Source of the DNA: an uncultured Prevotellaceae bacterium
GTDB taxonomy: Bacteria > Bacteroidota > Bacteroidia > Bacteroidales > Muribaculaceae
Length of the DNA: 24,282 bases
NCBI GenBank assembly: GCA_946055125.1
Contig: CAMGFF010000001.1
Location: 1-24,282, forward strand
Direction of reading: 5' to 3'
This document shows positions 1 to 9,002 of this stretch, one piece after another. The position numbers and the translations under genes are program-made. The first letter of the stretch is position 1. The number at the start of each line of letters is the position of its first letter. The notes under the pieces are model-generated. The model was not told the DNA's origin. It worked only from the letters and a program-made list of their open reading frames with translations, and searched no databases.

Positions 1-8
1 TATTATAC

Positions 9-39
9 TTTGGAATATAAGAAAATTTATTTATCTTTG
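9..39 (+). promoter_or_regulatory. Bacteroidetes primary-sigma promoter for the PUL
   Basis: TTTG (9-12), 19-bp spacer, TATCTTTG (32-39): exact match to the TTTG-N19-21-TAnnTTTG consensus, upstream of the first PUL gene. Confidence 0.85.
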
Positions 40-63
40 CGGCGTGTAATTAAAAACTCACAG

Positions 64-200
64 AACTAACCACTATTTACTAATTCATAACTACTAACCA
101 CTAATTCATACCACATAAATCTCCATAACACCTCCTCCCTCCCCACTAATAACTAATAACTACTAACTAATAACTACTAACTAACAATAACCAATCACTT
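64..200 (+). repeat. G-free, low-complexity A/C/T repeat tract in the PUL 5' leader
   Basis: No G on the + strand from 64 to 200. ACTAACCACTA at 65-75 and 93-103; ACTAATTCATA at 79-89 and 100-110; tandem ACTAATAACTACTA at 152-165 and 166-179; C-rich tract at 129-144. Confidence 0.9.
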
Positions 201-208
201 GACTGACA

Positions 209-2080
209 ATGAAAAAATCAGCGTATGTTTTTTCCGTTTTGCTGTCTTTGTTAATGGCATTTTCTTGCTCACGAGGCACTGATGCGCAAGTCGATGTGCT
301 GGTGGTGGGTGGTGGCGCAAGTGGCGTCACGGCCGGCATCCAGGCAGCGCGCATGGGCAGCAGCGCACTTATCGTGGAAGAGACGCCGTGGCTGGGCGGA
401 ATGCTCACCTCGGCCGGAGTGAGTGCCGTGGATGGCAACTACAACTTGCCCGCAGGACTGTGGGGCGAGTTTCGCGACCGTCTTGCCAAGCACTATGGTG
501 GGCTCGACTCACTGAAGACCGGCTGGGTGAGCAATGTTCTTTTTGAGCCCAGTGTGGGCAATGCCATTCTCGGCGAGATGACCGATGCCGAGAAGCAACT
601 CACCGTGTGGCGCGACACGCGCCTTGTGAGCCTCGTGCGTCGGGGTGAGGAGTGGCTTGCCACCGTGGCGGGCGCCGATGGCGGTGAGCGCACCGTGAAG
701 GCCCGTGTGGTGATTGATGCCACCGAGCTGGGCGACGTGGCGAAGATGCTCGGGGTGAAATATGACCTGGGCATGGAGAGCCGCTCGGCCACTCACGAGG
801 ACGTGGCCCCCGACAGTGCCAACAACATTGTGCAGGACATCACCTATGTGGCAATAGTGAAGGACTTTGGCCGCGACGTGACCATTCCCAAGCCCGAGGG
901 CTACGACCCGCGCGTGTTTGCCTGCTGCTGCGCCAACCCGCTGTGCATAAATCCGCGTGAGCCCGACCGCGTGTGGAGCCAGGAGATGATGCTCACATAT
1001 GGGAAGTTGCCTAATGGGAAGTATATGCTCAACTGGCCCATTGAGGGCAACGACTACTATGTGAACCTGGTGGAGATGACACCCGAGGAGCGCACGGCAG
1101 CACTTGAGAAGGCAAAGCACCACACTCTGTGCTACCTCTACTTCTTGCAGAATGAGCTGGGAATGAACACTCTGGGCCTTGCCGACGATGAGTTCCCCAC
1201 GGCCGACAAGCTGCCGCTAATACCCTACCACCGCGAGTCGCGCCGCATTCACGGTCTGGTACGCTTCGACCTCAACCACCTCACGCACCCCTACGACCAG
1301 CCCGACGCGCTCTACCGCACCACCATCGCCGTGGGCGACTATCCTGTGGACCATCACCACACGCGCTACACCGGCGAGGAGGCTTTGCCTAATCTCTATT
1401 TCCACCCCGTTCCCTCCTACGGGCTGCCGCTTGGCACGCTCATCCCACAGGATGTGGAGGGTCTAATCGTGGCCGAGAAGTCGATCTCGGTGTCGAACAT
1501 CGTGAACGGCACCACGCGCCTCCAGCCCGTGGTGATGCAGATAGGCCAGGCAGCCGGTGCGCTTGCCGCCCTCGCGGTGAAGCAGGGGCTGAAGATTGCC
1601 GAGGTGCCGGTGCGCGACGTGCAGGACGCCATTCTTGCCGCAGGTGGCTACTTGCTGCCCTACCTCGACGTGGAGAAGACCGACCCACGCTTCGCAGCCT
1701 ACCAGCGCATTGGCGCCACGGGCCTGCTGCACGCAGTGGGACGCAATGTGGAGTGGAGCAACCAGACGTGGCTGCGTGCCGACACGCTGCTGCTTGCCGG
1801 TGAGCTCGATCCCCTCACCACTTATTATCCCAAGTGGGCCAACAAGGCTGCCGACCGCCTCGCCCCCGTCAGCGTGGCTCAGGCCGTGGAGGTGATTGCC
1901 GAAATCTCGGGCATGAGTGCCGGCGATGCCACTGCCGCCGCCCGGGCTGCTTGGAGCGACGCGGGCTGTGGCGAGTGGGACACCGCCGCCCCCATAACCC
2001 GCGGAGGCTGGGCCGTGCTGCTCGACCGCCTGCTCGACCCCTTCCACGCCAAGGCCGTGGACATCAAAGGGGGGCTGTGA
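209..2080 (+). CDS. FAD-dependent oxidoreductase (FAD_oxidored/PF12831-like) lipoprotein with C-terminal SLH-like region
   Basis: Lipoprotein signal ending in AFS-C; Rossmann motif DVLVVGGGASGVTAGIQAARMG; EETPWLGG; IDATELGD; TRLQPVVMQIGQAAG; the C-terminal PITRGGWAVLLDRLL resembles an SLH motif. Confidence 0.85.
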   Translation: MKKSAYVFSVLLSLLMAFSCSRGTDAQVDVLVVGGGASGVTAGIQAARMGSSALIVEETPWLGGMLTSAGVSAVDGNYNLPAGLWGEFRDRLAKHYGGLDSLKTGWVSNVLFEPSVGNAILGEMTDAEKQLTVWRDTRLVSLVRRGEEWLATVAGADGGERTVKARVVIDATELGDVAKMLGVKYDLGMESRSATHEDVAPDSANNIVQDITYVAIVKDFGRDVTIPKPEGYDPRVFACCCANPLCINPREPDRVWSQEMMLTYGKLPNGKYMLNWPIEGNDYYVNLVEMTPEERTAALEKAKHHTLCYLYFLQNELGMNTLGLADDEFPTADKLPLIPYHRESRRIHGLVRFDLNHLTHPYDQPDALYRTTIAVGDYPVDHHHTRYTGEEALPNLYFHPVPSYGLPLGTLIPQDVEGLIVAEKSISVSNIVNGTTRLQPVVMQIGQAAGALAALAVKQGLKIAEVPVRDVQDAILAAGGYLLPYLDVEKTDPRFAAYQRIGATGLLHAVGRNVEWSNQTWLRADTLLLAGELDPLTTYYPKWANKAADRLAPVSVAQAVEVIAEISGMSAGDATAAARAAWSDAGCGEWDTAAPITRGGWAVLLDRLLDPFHAKAVDIKGGL

Positions 2081-2146
2081 GCTATGGGCTTCATTCAAAA
2101 AAAACATGGAAACACTTATATATAATCTCAGTAATAATCAATGCTT

Positions 2147-5100
2147 ATGAAAAAGATTCTCTTCTTGATGATCTTGATGGTTAGCGCAGTGTGCTTGCAC
2201 GCACAAAACCTGCTGACCGTGAGAGGAACGGTTTCGGACGAGTCAGGCGCTTTGCCCGGAGTTACAATCCTCGTTGAAGGCACCAATAATGGCGTTATTA
2301 CCGACATCGACGGCCATTATCAGGTGAAAGTGAAAAAGGGCGCCAAGCTGGCGTTCTCCTACGTGGGCTACCGCTCACAATCAATTGTTGTCGACAAGGA
2401 AACTATCGACGTTACTCTGAAGGCCGACGCCATTATGCTCGATGAGGCTGTGGTGGTGGGCTATGCCAAGCAGAAGAAAGCCACGCTCACCGGCGCTGTG
2501 TCGCAGGTGTCGGCTAAGGAAATCACCAAGCGCAATGTGGCGTCGCTCTCAACCGCGCTGCAAGGCTCTATGCCGGGTGTGACAATTCAGCAGACTTCGG
2601 GACAGCCCGGCGCCGACGGTGGCACTATCCGCGTGCGCGGCCAAGGCTCTATCAACTCCGACCAGAACCCGCTCGTGCTCGTCGATGGTATTGAGATGGA
2701 CATCAACCAGGTGGATCCCAACTCGGTGGAGTCGATCTCGGTGCTGAAGGACGCTGCCTCGGCCTCAATCTATGGCTCGCGCGCATCAAATGGTGTGATC
2801 CTCATCACCACCAAGCGCGGAAACGGGGAGGGTAAAATCTCAACCACTTACAGCGGATATGTAACCCTGCAGCGACCCACCAACATGCCCGAGGCTGTCT
2901 CGGCATGGGAGTACCTGCAAGCCGAGCTCAATGCCTGGGACAACGCCGGCATCACCGTGAGCGACGCACAGCGGGCACAGCAGCTCGCCCTCATCGAGCA
3001 GCAGAAGACACTGCGCCCCGACAACTGGAACCGCTATGATACCAACTGGAAAGACGAAACCATGAAAGACAACGCGCTCATGCACAACCACAATGTGACA
3101 GTGAGCGGCGGAAGCGACAAAATCTCATTCTTCGCTTCGGGCAACTACCTCAGCCAAAAAGGTCTTATTCCCAATGATGAATACGACCGCACTAATCTTC
3201 GCTTAAATGCCGATGCAAAAATCCTGCCATGGGCGAAGTTCTCTCTCGAGACATCGCTTCGCCAGTCGAACACACTCAATCCCGGAATGGGAACTCCCAA
3301 ATCAATTATCAACCAGTGCCTCTACATGCTTCCCACCCTCTCGGCAGCACAGGAGCTCGATGGCAACTGGGGCTACGGAAAGAACGGACTGAACCCCACC
3401 GCCATGGCCAATGCCAGCGGCGAGAAGCGCAACCGCTCGTCGGAAGTGGTGGCCAACGGAACCCTCACCCTCACGCCGCTTGCCGGACTTGAGGTGCTGG
3501 GCCAGTACTCGCGCCGCCAGGTGCAGTCGCGCAACCGCACCCTCATCACCCCCTACACCACCTCGCTTGGAGGCCAGGTGATGGGCATCTACCCCAGTGA
3601 GGACGGGCTCACCGAGTCGTGGGCCGAGACCGTGCGCAACTACTACCGCGTGCAGGCAGCCTACGAGCGCACCATGGGCGAGCACTATGGCAAGATTCTC
3701 GCCGGCTTCCAGGCCGAGGACAGCGAGTACAAGTCGTTCTACGGCTCGAAGAAGGGCTTCGACCTGGGCCGCTACTACCTCGACAACGGCGACGGCGCGA
3801 CAGCCACCTCGGGCGGCAGCGCCAACTCGTGGGCAATGATGTCGTGGTATGCCCGCCTGAACTACAACTACGCACAGCGCTATCTGCTTGAGGTGAACGG
3901 CCGCTACGACGGCTCGTCGCGCTTCACCCCCGACAACCGCTGGGGCTTCTTCCCCTCGGTATCGGCTGGCTGGGTAATCTCGGAGGAGAGCTTCATGGAG
4001 AAGACGCGCGACGTGCTCGACTTCCTCAAGCTCCGCCTGAGCTACGGTCTCCTGGGCAACCAGAACATAGGCAACTACCCCTATGCCGCCGTTATCAGCC
4101 CGGGTTATGGCTACTACTTCGGCGACTCCAAGGACCTCTCGTCGGGCGTGGCACAGACTTCCCTCTCCAACAGCAACATTAGCTGGGAGAAATCGAAGCA
4201 ATTCGACGTGGGTGTGGATGTGAGCTTGTGGAATGGCATGCTTAGCTTCACCGGCGACTTCTACATCAAGAACGTGTATGACATGCTCATGAAGTTCCCG
4301 CTTCCCTACTATGCCGGAATGTCGCCCGCCTTCACCAATGCCGGCGACATGCGCAACCGCGGCTGGGAAATCGCCATCACTCACCGCAACAAGATTGGCG
4401 ACTTCAACTATGGCGTGACCTTCACGCTCAACGACAACCGCAACGAAATCACCAACCTCAACGGCCTCAACTCGCAGGACAAGACCATGGTGGAGGGCTA
4501 TCCTCTCAATGGAATATGGGGCTATCTCACCGACGGCTACTATGCCGACTGGGACGACGTGGCCAACTCGCCCAAGCTCAGCAACGCTGCCCGCCCCGGC
4601 TTTGTGAAATACAAGAAAATCTATGAGGAAGAGGGTGTCGACCCAATGATTATCGACAGCCGCGACCAGGTGTACCTGGGTGACCCCTATCCTCACTTTG
4701 AGTATGGACTCTCACTCAATGGCGAGTGGAAGGGATTCGACCTCACCTTGTTCTTCCAGGGCGTGGGCAAGTGCAAGAAATTCATGAGCGGCGTGGGACT
4801 GAAGCCCTTTGCCAACGGAGCCAACCTCTTCCGCCACCAGCTCGACTCGTGGACACCCGAGAACACCGACGCCGAGTACCCAATCCTCGTGCCCGAGGCC
4901 AATGCCGCCGACAACTATGTGAAATCAGACAAGTGGGTGCGCAATGCAGCCTACCTGCGCCTCAAGAACGTGGTGCTTGGCTACACGCTGCCCAAGAGCG
5001 TGGTGCGCAAGCTGCACATCGACAACCTGCGCGTGTATGCCAGCGCACAGAATGTGTTCACAATCAGCGACTTCTATAAGGGCTACGACCCCGAGGTTTC

Positions 5101-5176
5101 CTACGGAGGCTCAGTGGGTGGAGAGTTCTATCCTATTATGCAGACATTCACGTTTGGTATTGACTTGAAATTCTAA
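2147..5176 (+). CDS. susC: SusC/RagA family TonB-dependent transporter
   Basis: Signal peptide MKKILFL...LHA; N-terminal CarboxypepD_reg-like domain; plug with PLVLVDG and KDAASASIYGSRASNGVILITTKRG; RYDGSSRF; C-terminal FGIDLKF. Start placed at the second ATG (2147); 2141 is an alternative. Confidence 0.97.
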   Translation: MKKILFLMILMVSAVCLHAQNLLTVRGTVSDESGALPGVTILVEGTNNGVITDIDGHYQVKVKKGAKLAFSYVGYRSQSIVVDKETIDVTLKADAIMLDEAVVVGYAKQKKATLTGAVSQVSAKEITKRNVASLSTALQGSMPGVTIQQTSGQPGADGGTIRVRGQGSINSDQNPLVLVDGIEMDINQVDPNSVESISVLKDAASASIYGSRASNGVILITTKRGNGEGKISTTYSGYVTLQRPTNMPEAVSAWEYLQAELNAWDNAGITVSDAQRAQQLALIEQQKTLRPDNWNRYDTNWKDETMKDNALMHNHNVTVSGGSDKISFFASGNYLSQKGLIPNDEYDRTNLRLNADAKILPWAKFSLETSLRQSNTLNPGMGTPKSIINQCLYMLPTLSAAQELDGNWGYGKNGLNPTAMANASGEKRNRSSEVVANGTLTLTPLAGLEVLGQYSRRQVQSRNRTLITPYTTSLGGQVMGIYPSEDGLTESWAETVRNYYRVQAAYERTMGEHYGKILAGFQAEDSEYKSFYGSKKGFDLGRYYLDNGDGATATSGGSANSWAMMSWYARLNYNYAQRYLLEVNGRYDGSSRFTPDNRWGFFPSVSAGWVISEESFMEKTRDVLDFLKLRLSYGLLGNQNIGNYPYAAVISPGYGYYFGDSKDLSSGVAQTSLSNSNISWEKSKQFDVGVDVSLWNGMLSFTGDFYIKNVYDMLMKFPLPYYAGMSPAFTNAGDMRNRGWEIAITHRNKIGDFNYGVTFTLNDNRNEITNLNGLNSQDKTMVEGYPLNGIWGYLTDGYYADWDDVANSPKLSNAARPGFVKYKKIYEEEGVDPMIIDSRDQVYLGDPYPHFEYGLSLNGEWKGFDLTLFFQGVGKCKKFMSGVGLKPFANGANLFRHQLDSWTPENTDAEYPILVPEANAADNYVKSDKWVRNAAYLRLKNVVLGYTLPKSVVRKLHIDNLRVYASAQNVFTISDFYKGYDPEVSYGGSVGGEFYPIMQTFTFGIDLKF

Positions 5177-5191
5177 AAACAAACAGGCATT

Positions 5192-7069
5192 ATGAAAAAC
5201 TTTCTTAAAAAAATATTCAATCCCCGCGTTCTCGCCGGTGCCTTCATCTTGACACTGGCCACGGGATGCTCCGACTACCTCGACAAGGAGCCTATGAGCG
5301 AGTATCTCAACACCGACTTCTACAACAACGAGGGAGCCATTAAGCAGGGAGCCACAGGCTGCTACCAGCGCCTGAAGATGGATCACAGCAGATACAGCAA
5401 CATTCCGCCCAGCGTGCTGTGGGACTGCTACACCCCCTTCGGAATTGAGCGTGCCGACAACAGCTCGATTGGCGTGGGCAACCTCGACATGCGCACCAAC
5501 TACACCAACGAGTTTATATGGGCCACACTCTACACCTCGATAGCACGCTGCAACGCCGTGCTCGACGGAGCCGAGAAATTCTACAACCAGCTCAACGACA
5601 ACTCCCACATCTTGCTGGCCGAGATAAAGACGCTGCGCGCGCACTTCTACATTCAGCTGGTGTCGTTCTATGGCGATATTCCCTACTTCGACAAGCCCGT
5701 GACCGAGGAGCAGCTCAAGGGCGTGGAGCGCACGCCCTGGCGCACCGTGGTCGACAACATCATCGCCGACCTCGATGAGGTGGCCACCATCCTGCCCTGG
5801 CAGGCATCGGAGTTTGGCCGCGTCGACAAGTCGGTGGCCCTGGGCCTGAAGGCGCGCATCGCGCTCTATGCCGGCTCGTGGTGCAAATTCGGCTTTGGCC
5901 GCGACGGCGTGAAGGACGAGGAGGCAGCCAAGAAATACCTCACCCTCTCGGCCGATGCCGCCAAACGCGTAATCAACGAGAGCGGCCGCGACCTGTGCAG
6001 CAACTATGCCGACCTCTTCACCCGTGCCGGGCAGCTCACCGCCGACGCACAGAAGGAGACGATGCTCTACATGATGTTCTCCGACTTTGGCGACAAGAGC
6101 TCGCACTACCAGTCGCTCGGCGAGCAGTGCCGCATGATAGGCCAGAGCGGACGCTTCCCCACCCAGCAGCTCGTCGACACCTATGAGATGGCCAATGGCA
6201 AGCGCATCGACGAGGAAGGCTCGGGCTACAACCCCGCCAAGCCCTTCGTGAGCCGCGACCCGCGCCTCAAGGAGACAATCTACACGCACCACGACACCAT
6301 CATAGGCAACACCGGCGCCAAGAAGATGAAGTTCCTCATGGAGCTCTACAACCCCAAGACCATTTCGTGGGACGAGATGGGCAACGAGAAGCTCGTGGAC
6401 AACAAGGACTATGCCGGCTCGGTGGCACAATATGGCTACGCATTCTCGGGCGTGGGCTTCGCCTGGAAGAAGTATAACCACTACGACGACGAGAGCTCGG
6501 CCGTGCCCACCTACAATATCCTCATCATGCGCTTCGCCGAGGTGCTCCTCACCTATGCCGAGGCAAAGATAGAGCTTAACGAAATCGACGCTACGGTGGT
6601 GGCAGCCATCGACCGCGTGCGTGCTCGTGTGGGAATGCCCGGAATCCTCACCGTGGACCCCACCCGCGAGGGCAACCAGCTGAAGATGCGCCAAATCGTG
6701 CGCCGCGAGCGCAAGGTGGAGCTGGCCAAGGAGTCGCTCATGCTCTTCGACATGCGCCGCTGGCGCGTGGCAGCCATCCAGAATGCCGAGCCCACCTATG
6801 GCTATCCCAAGGCCACCGGTGTGGACGCAGCCAAGGGCATCTACCCCGACGGCTATGAGCAGGCCACGCCCGACATGGTGCCCTCCTACGGAACTCCCGG
6901 CTCCGACCGCGACATCAACGACATTGCCAGCTATGCAGCATTTGCCGACAAGCTCCGCTCGCGCGACAAGAGCCGCTCGTGGGACGACAAGTTCTACCTG
7001 TGGCCCATCCCGCAGACCGAGCGCAACAAGTGCCCGTGGCTCGAGCAGAACCCGGGATATGGAGAATAA
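5192..7069 (+). CDS. susD: SusD/RagB family surface glycan-binding lipoprotein
   Basis: Lipobox ATG-C-SDYLDKEP; AEIKTLRAHFYIQLVSFYGDIP; MRFAEVLLTYAEA; RRERKVELAKE; FDMRRWR; YLWPIPQTE...QNPGY; directly follows susC. Confidence 0.97.
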   Translation: MKNFLKKIFNPRVLAGAFILTLATGCSDYLDKEPMSEYLNTDFYNNEGAIKQGATGCYQRLKMDHSRYSNIPPSVLWDCYTPFGIERADNSSIGVGNLDMRTNYTNEFIWATLYTSIARCNAVLDGAEKFYNQLNDNSHILLAEIKTLRAHFYIQLVSFYGDIPYFDKPVTEEQLKGVERTPWRTVVDNIIADLDEVATILPWQASEFGRVDKSVALGLKARIALYAGSWCKFGFGRDGVKDEEAAKKYLTLSADAAKRVINESGRDLCSNYADLFTRAGQLTADAQKETMLYMMFSDFGDKSSHYQSLGEQCRMIGQSGRFPTQQLVDTYEMANGKRIDEEGSGYNPAKPFVSRDPRLKETIYTHHDTIIGNTGAKKMKFLMELYNPKTISWDEMGNEKLVDNKDYAGSVAQYGYAFSGVGFAWKKYNHYDDESSAVPTYNILIMRFAEVLLTYAEAKIELNEIDATVVAAIDRVRARVGMPGILTVDPTREGNQLKMRQIVRRERKVELAKESLMLFDMRRWRVAAIQNAEPTYGYPKATGVDAAKGIYPDGYEQATPDMVPSYGTPGSDRDINDIASYAAFADKLRSRDKSRSWDDKFYLWPIPQTERNKCPWLEQNPGYGE

Positions 7070-7109
7070 CTCTTGAGTGTGACATCACTAAAAAAACAAA
7101 TAGCAAATT

Positions 7110-8909
7110 ATGAAAAATAGATTCCTACTTGGAATGCTCGCAGTGGTTGCATTCCTCACATTCGGCCTTTGCTCGTGCAGCGACGACGACGACTCGCGTG
7201 CATTCGACAAAGCCCAGATCGTAGGCGTGAAAGTGGATGGCGAACTCTTCTTGCCGGCCACCGGTGGCGACGCCTCCGAAACGCGCGTAACCGTTCCCGC
7301 CGGCCGCGACCTCTCGCAGGTGTCGCTGCAGGTGCTCGTTGCCAATGGCAACCTCATGAACTTCCCCACTCAGGCAAAATATGACTGCCGCAAGCCCATG
7401 GAAATCACCATCGCCGGCTTCAATGGCGAGACGGTGACGACCAAGCTGCGTGTAATCTCGGCTCCCAAGCTCACCAACTTTGTAATCAAGGGCCTCACCG
7501 TGCCTGCAAGCGACATCCACGAGAACGCCGCCGGCATTATCGTGCAAGTGCCCAAGGGCACCGACCTCACCAAGCTTGAGGTGACAATGGAATATAGCAA
7601 TGGCACTCTCATCGACTTCACAAGCGGCCAGGTGCGCGACTACACCAACCCCGTGAAATTCAGCATCAAGGGCGTGGACGAGGAAACCATCTACAGCTAT
7701 GAGCTGATGATAACCACCGAGGAGGTGGGCCCGGCCTCAATCAGCGCAATCACCGTGAATGGCGTGAAGAGCGACTCGGTGGTGGTGACCGACGGCAAGG
7801 TGGTGCCCTACATTCCCTCGCTCATCGACTTCACCAACGTGGATGTGGAGCTTTCCACCGGCTATGGCAACAAGGTCGACGAGGCCTTCACCGGCCGTGG
7901 ACTCAACCTCATGACAGGCGACAACAAGGTGACAATCACCGGCACCAACGGCGTGCCCACCGAGTTTGTGATTGGCGTGCCGCAGCTATCATTCGCTCCG
8001 CAGGTGGCTCTCAACTATGATGCTCTCGGCATGGGTGCCAACGACCTGTGCGCCGTGGGCTTCAGTGGCAACTATCTGCTTGCCGGCAACTACACCTCCA
8101 CCGCCAAGACGGCAATCTACCTCGACTTCAACGGCAACAAGGTGGGACAGCTCGACGCTACGGGCGTGAACGTGACCGGCTTCGGCCACCGCAAGATAGC
8201 CACCGACAGCAAGGGCGCTATCCTCGGCCTCTCGCTCGGCATGAGCGGTGACGAGCAGTGGATCTACAAGTGGGACAACGTGACCGCACAGGCCACCGAG
8301 TACATCTCATTCTCGAAGGCAAGCCTCGGCGTTGACTACAACCCGCGCTCGGGAGGTATCTGCATTGAGGGCGCTCTCGACGGCGACGCAACAATCACCA
8401 TGACCATTGCCCAGAAGCAGGAGGCATTTGTGTGGACCGTGAAGGGCGGCGTGCTCAACCCCACCCCCACCAAGGTGATGTTCCCCTATGCCGGAGCAAG
8501 CTACTACTGGAGCCTCGTGCCTATGCCACAGGGCGTGGAAGGCTACCTCGGCATGGTGACCAACAACTCGGTGGATAATGCCGGAGTGGTGCGCCTCGAC
8601 GGCAACATGCAGGAAATGTTCCGCGTGCCGGGCTTCTATTGCACCGACGGCAAGGTGATTAAGCACAACGGCCGCGTGTACCTGGCCTACACAGCCCACA
8701 GCAACAGCAAGGGAATAATGCGCGTGTGCGACATCACCGACGGCTCGAAGGAGGCCTACAGCACTCCAATCTTCAACCAGGTGATGGAGCTCACCGGAGC
8801 CAATGGCAACGCCACAATGGACGCCGACATGGCAATTATCGATGGTAAGCTCCATGTGGCATTTGCCTGCACCAACCTGGGATTGTACATGTACAAGTTC
8901 GACAAATAA
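7110..8909 (+). CDS. Surface lipoprotein with three Ig-like repeats (DUF5018-like) and a beta-rich C-terminal domain; probable SGBP/SusE-positioned protein
   Basis: Lipobox LCS-C-SDDDD with an acidic export signal; three ~85-aa repeats (VPAGRDLSQV / VPKGTDLTKL / IPSLIDFTNV); aromatic-rich, all-beta-looking C-terminal half; immediately after susD. Confidence 0.75.
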   Translation: MKNRFLLGMLAVVAFLTFGLCSCSDDDDSRAFDKAQIVGVKVDGELFLPATGGDASETRVTVPAGRDLSQVSLQVLVANGNLMNFPTQAKYDCRKPMEITIAGFNGETVTTKLRVISAPKLTNFVIKGLTVPASDIHENAAGIIVQVPKGTDLTKLEVTMEYSNGTLIDFTSGQVRDYTNPVKFSIKGVDEETIYSYELMITTEEVGPASISAITVNGVKSDSVVVTDGKVVPYIPSLIDFTNVDVELSTGYGNKVDEAFTGRGLNLMTGDNKVTITGTNGVPTEFVIGVPQLSFAPQVALNYDALGMGANDLCAVGFSGNYLLAGNYTSTAKTAIYLDFNGNKVGQLDATGVNVTGFGHRKIATDSKGAILGLSLGMSGDEQWIYKWDNVTAQATEYISFSKASLGVDYNPRSGGICIEGALDGDATITMTIAQKQEAFVWTVKGGVLNPTPTKVMFPYAGASYYWSLVPMPQGVEGYLGMVTNNSVDNAGVVRLDGNMQEMFRVPGFYCTDGKVIKHNGRVYLAYTAHSNSKGIMRVCDITDGSKEAYSTPIFNQVMELTGANGNATMDADMAIIDGKLHVAFACTNLGLYMYKFDK

Positions 8910-8943
8910 TAGAACGTTTGTTGTTTAGATTAATGTTTGGGTA

Positions 8944-8981
8944 TTCCGGGGCCGGTGTGACGCCCGCCCCGGGATTTTTTT
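8944..8981 (+). terminator. Intrinsic terminator inside the PUL
   Basis: GC-rich stem TTCCGGGGC (8944-8952) / GCCCCGGGA (8966-8974) with an inner helix, followed directly by T7 (8975-8981). Confidence 0.75.
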
Positions 8982-9002
8982 ACTAACCATAAAGAACCGA
9001 CA

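Noticed and set aside
130-136. ACCTCCT, identical to the anti-Shine-Dalgarno sequence, in the PUL leader
   Set aside because: Bacteroidetes largely do not use SD pairing, and the match is expected by chance in a C/T tract.
3302-6694. Long antisense ORFs (464 aa and 527 aa) opposite susC/susD; likewise 9989-11059, 11278-12456, 12502-13488, 14142-15275, 18857-19726, 20085-20912 and 22759-24252
   Set aside because: Shadow ORFs caused by strong GC3 codon bias of the real genes. They are rich in V/A/H/L/G with no recognisable motifs and overlap well-supported CDSs.
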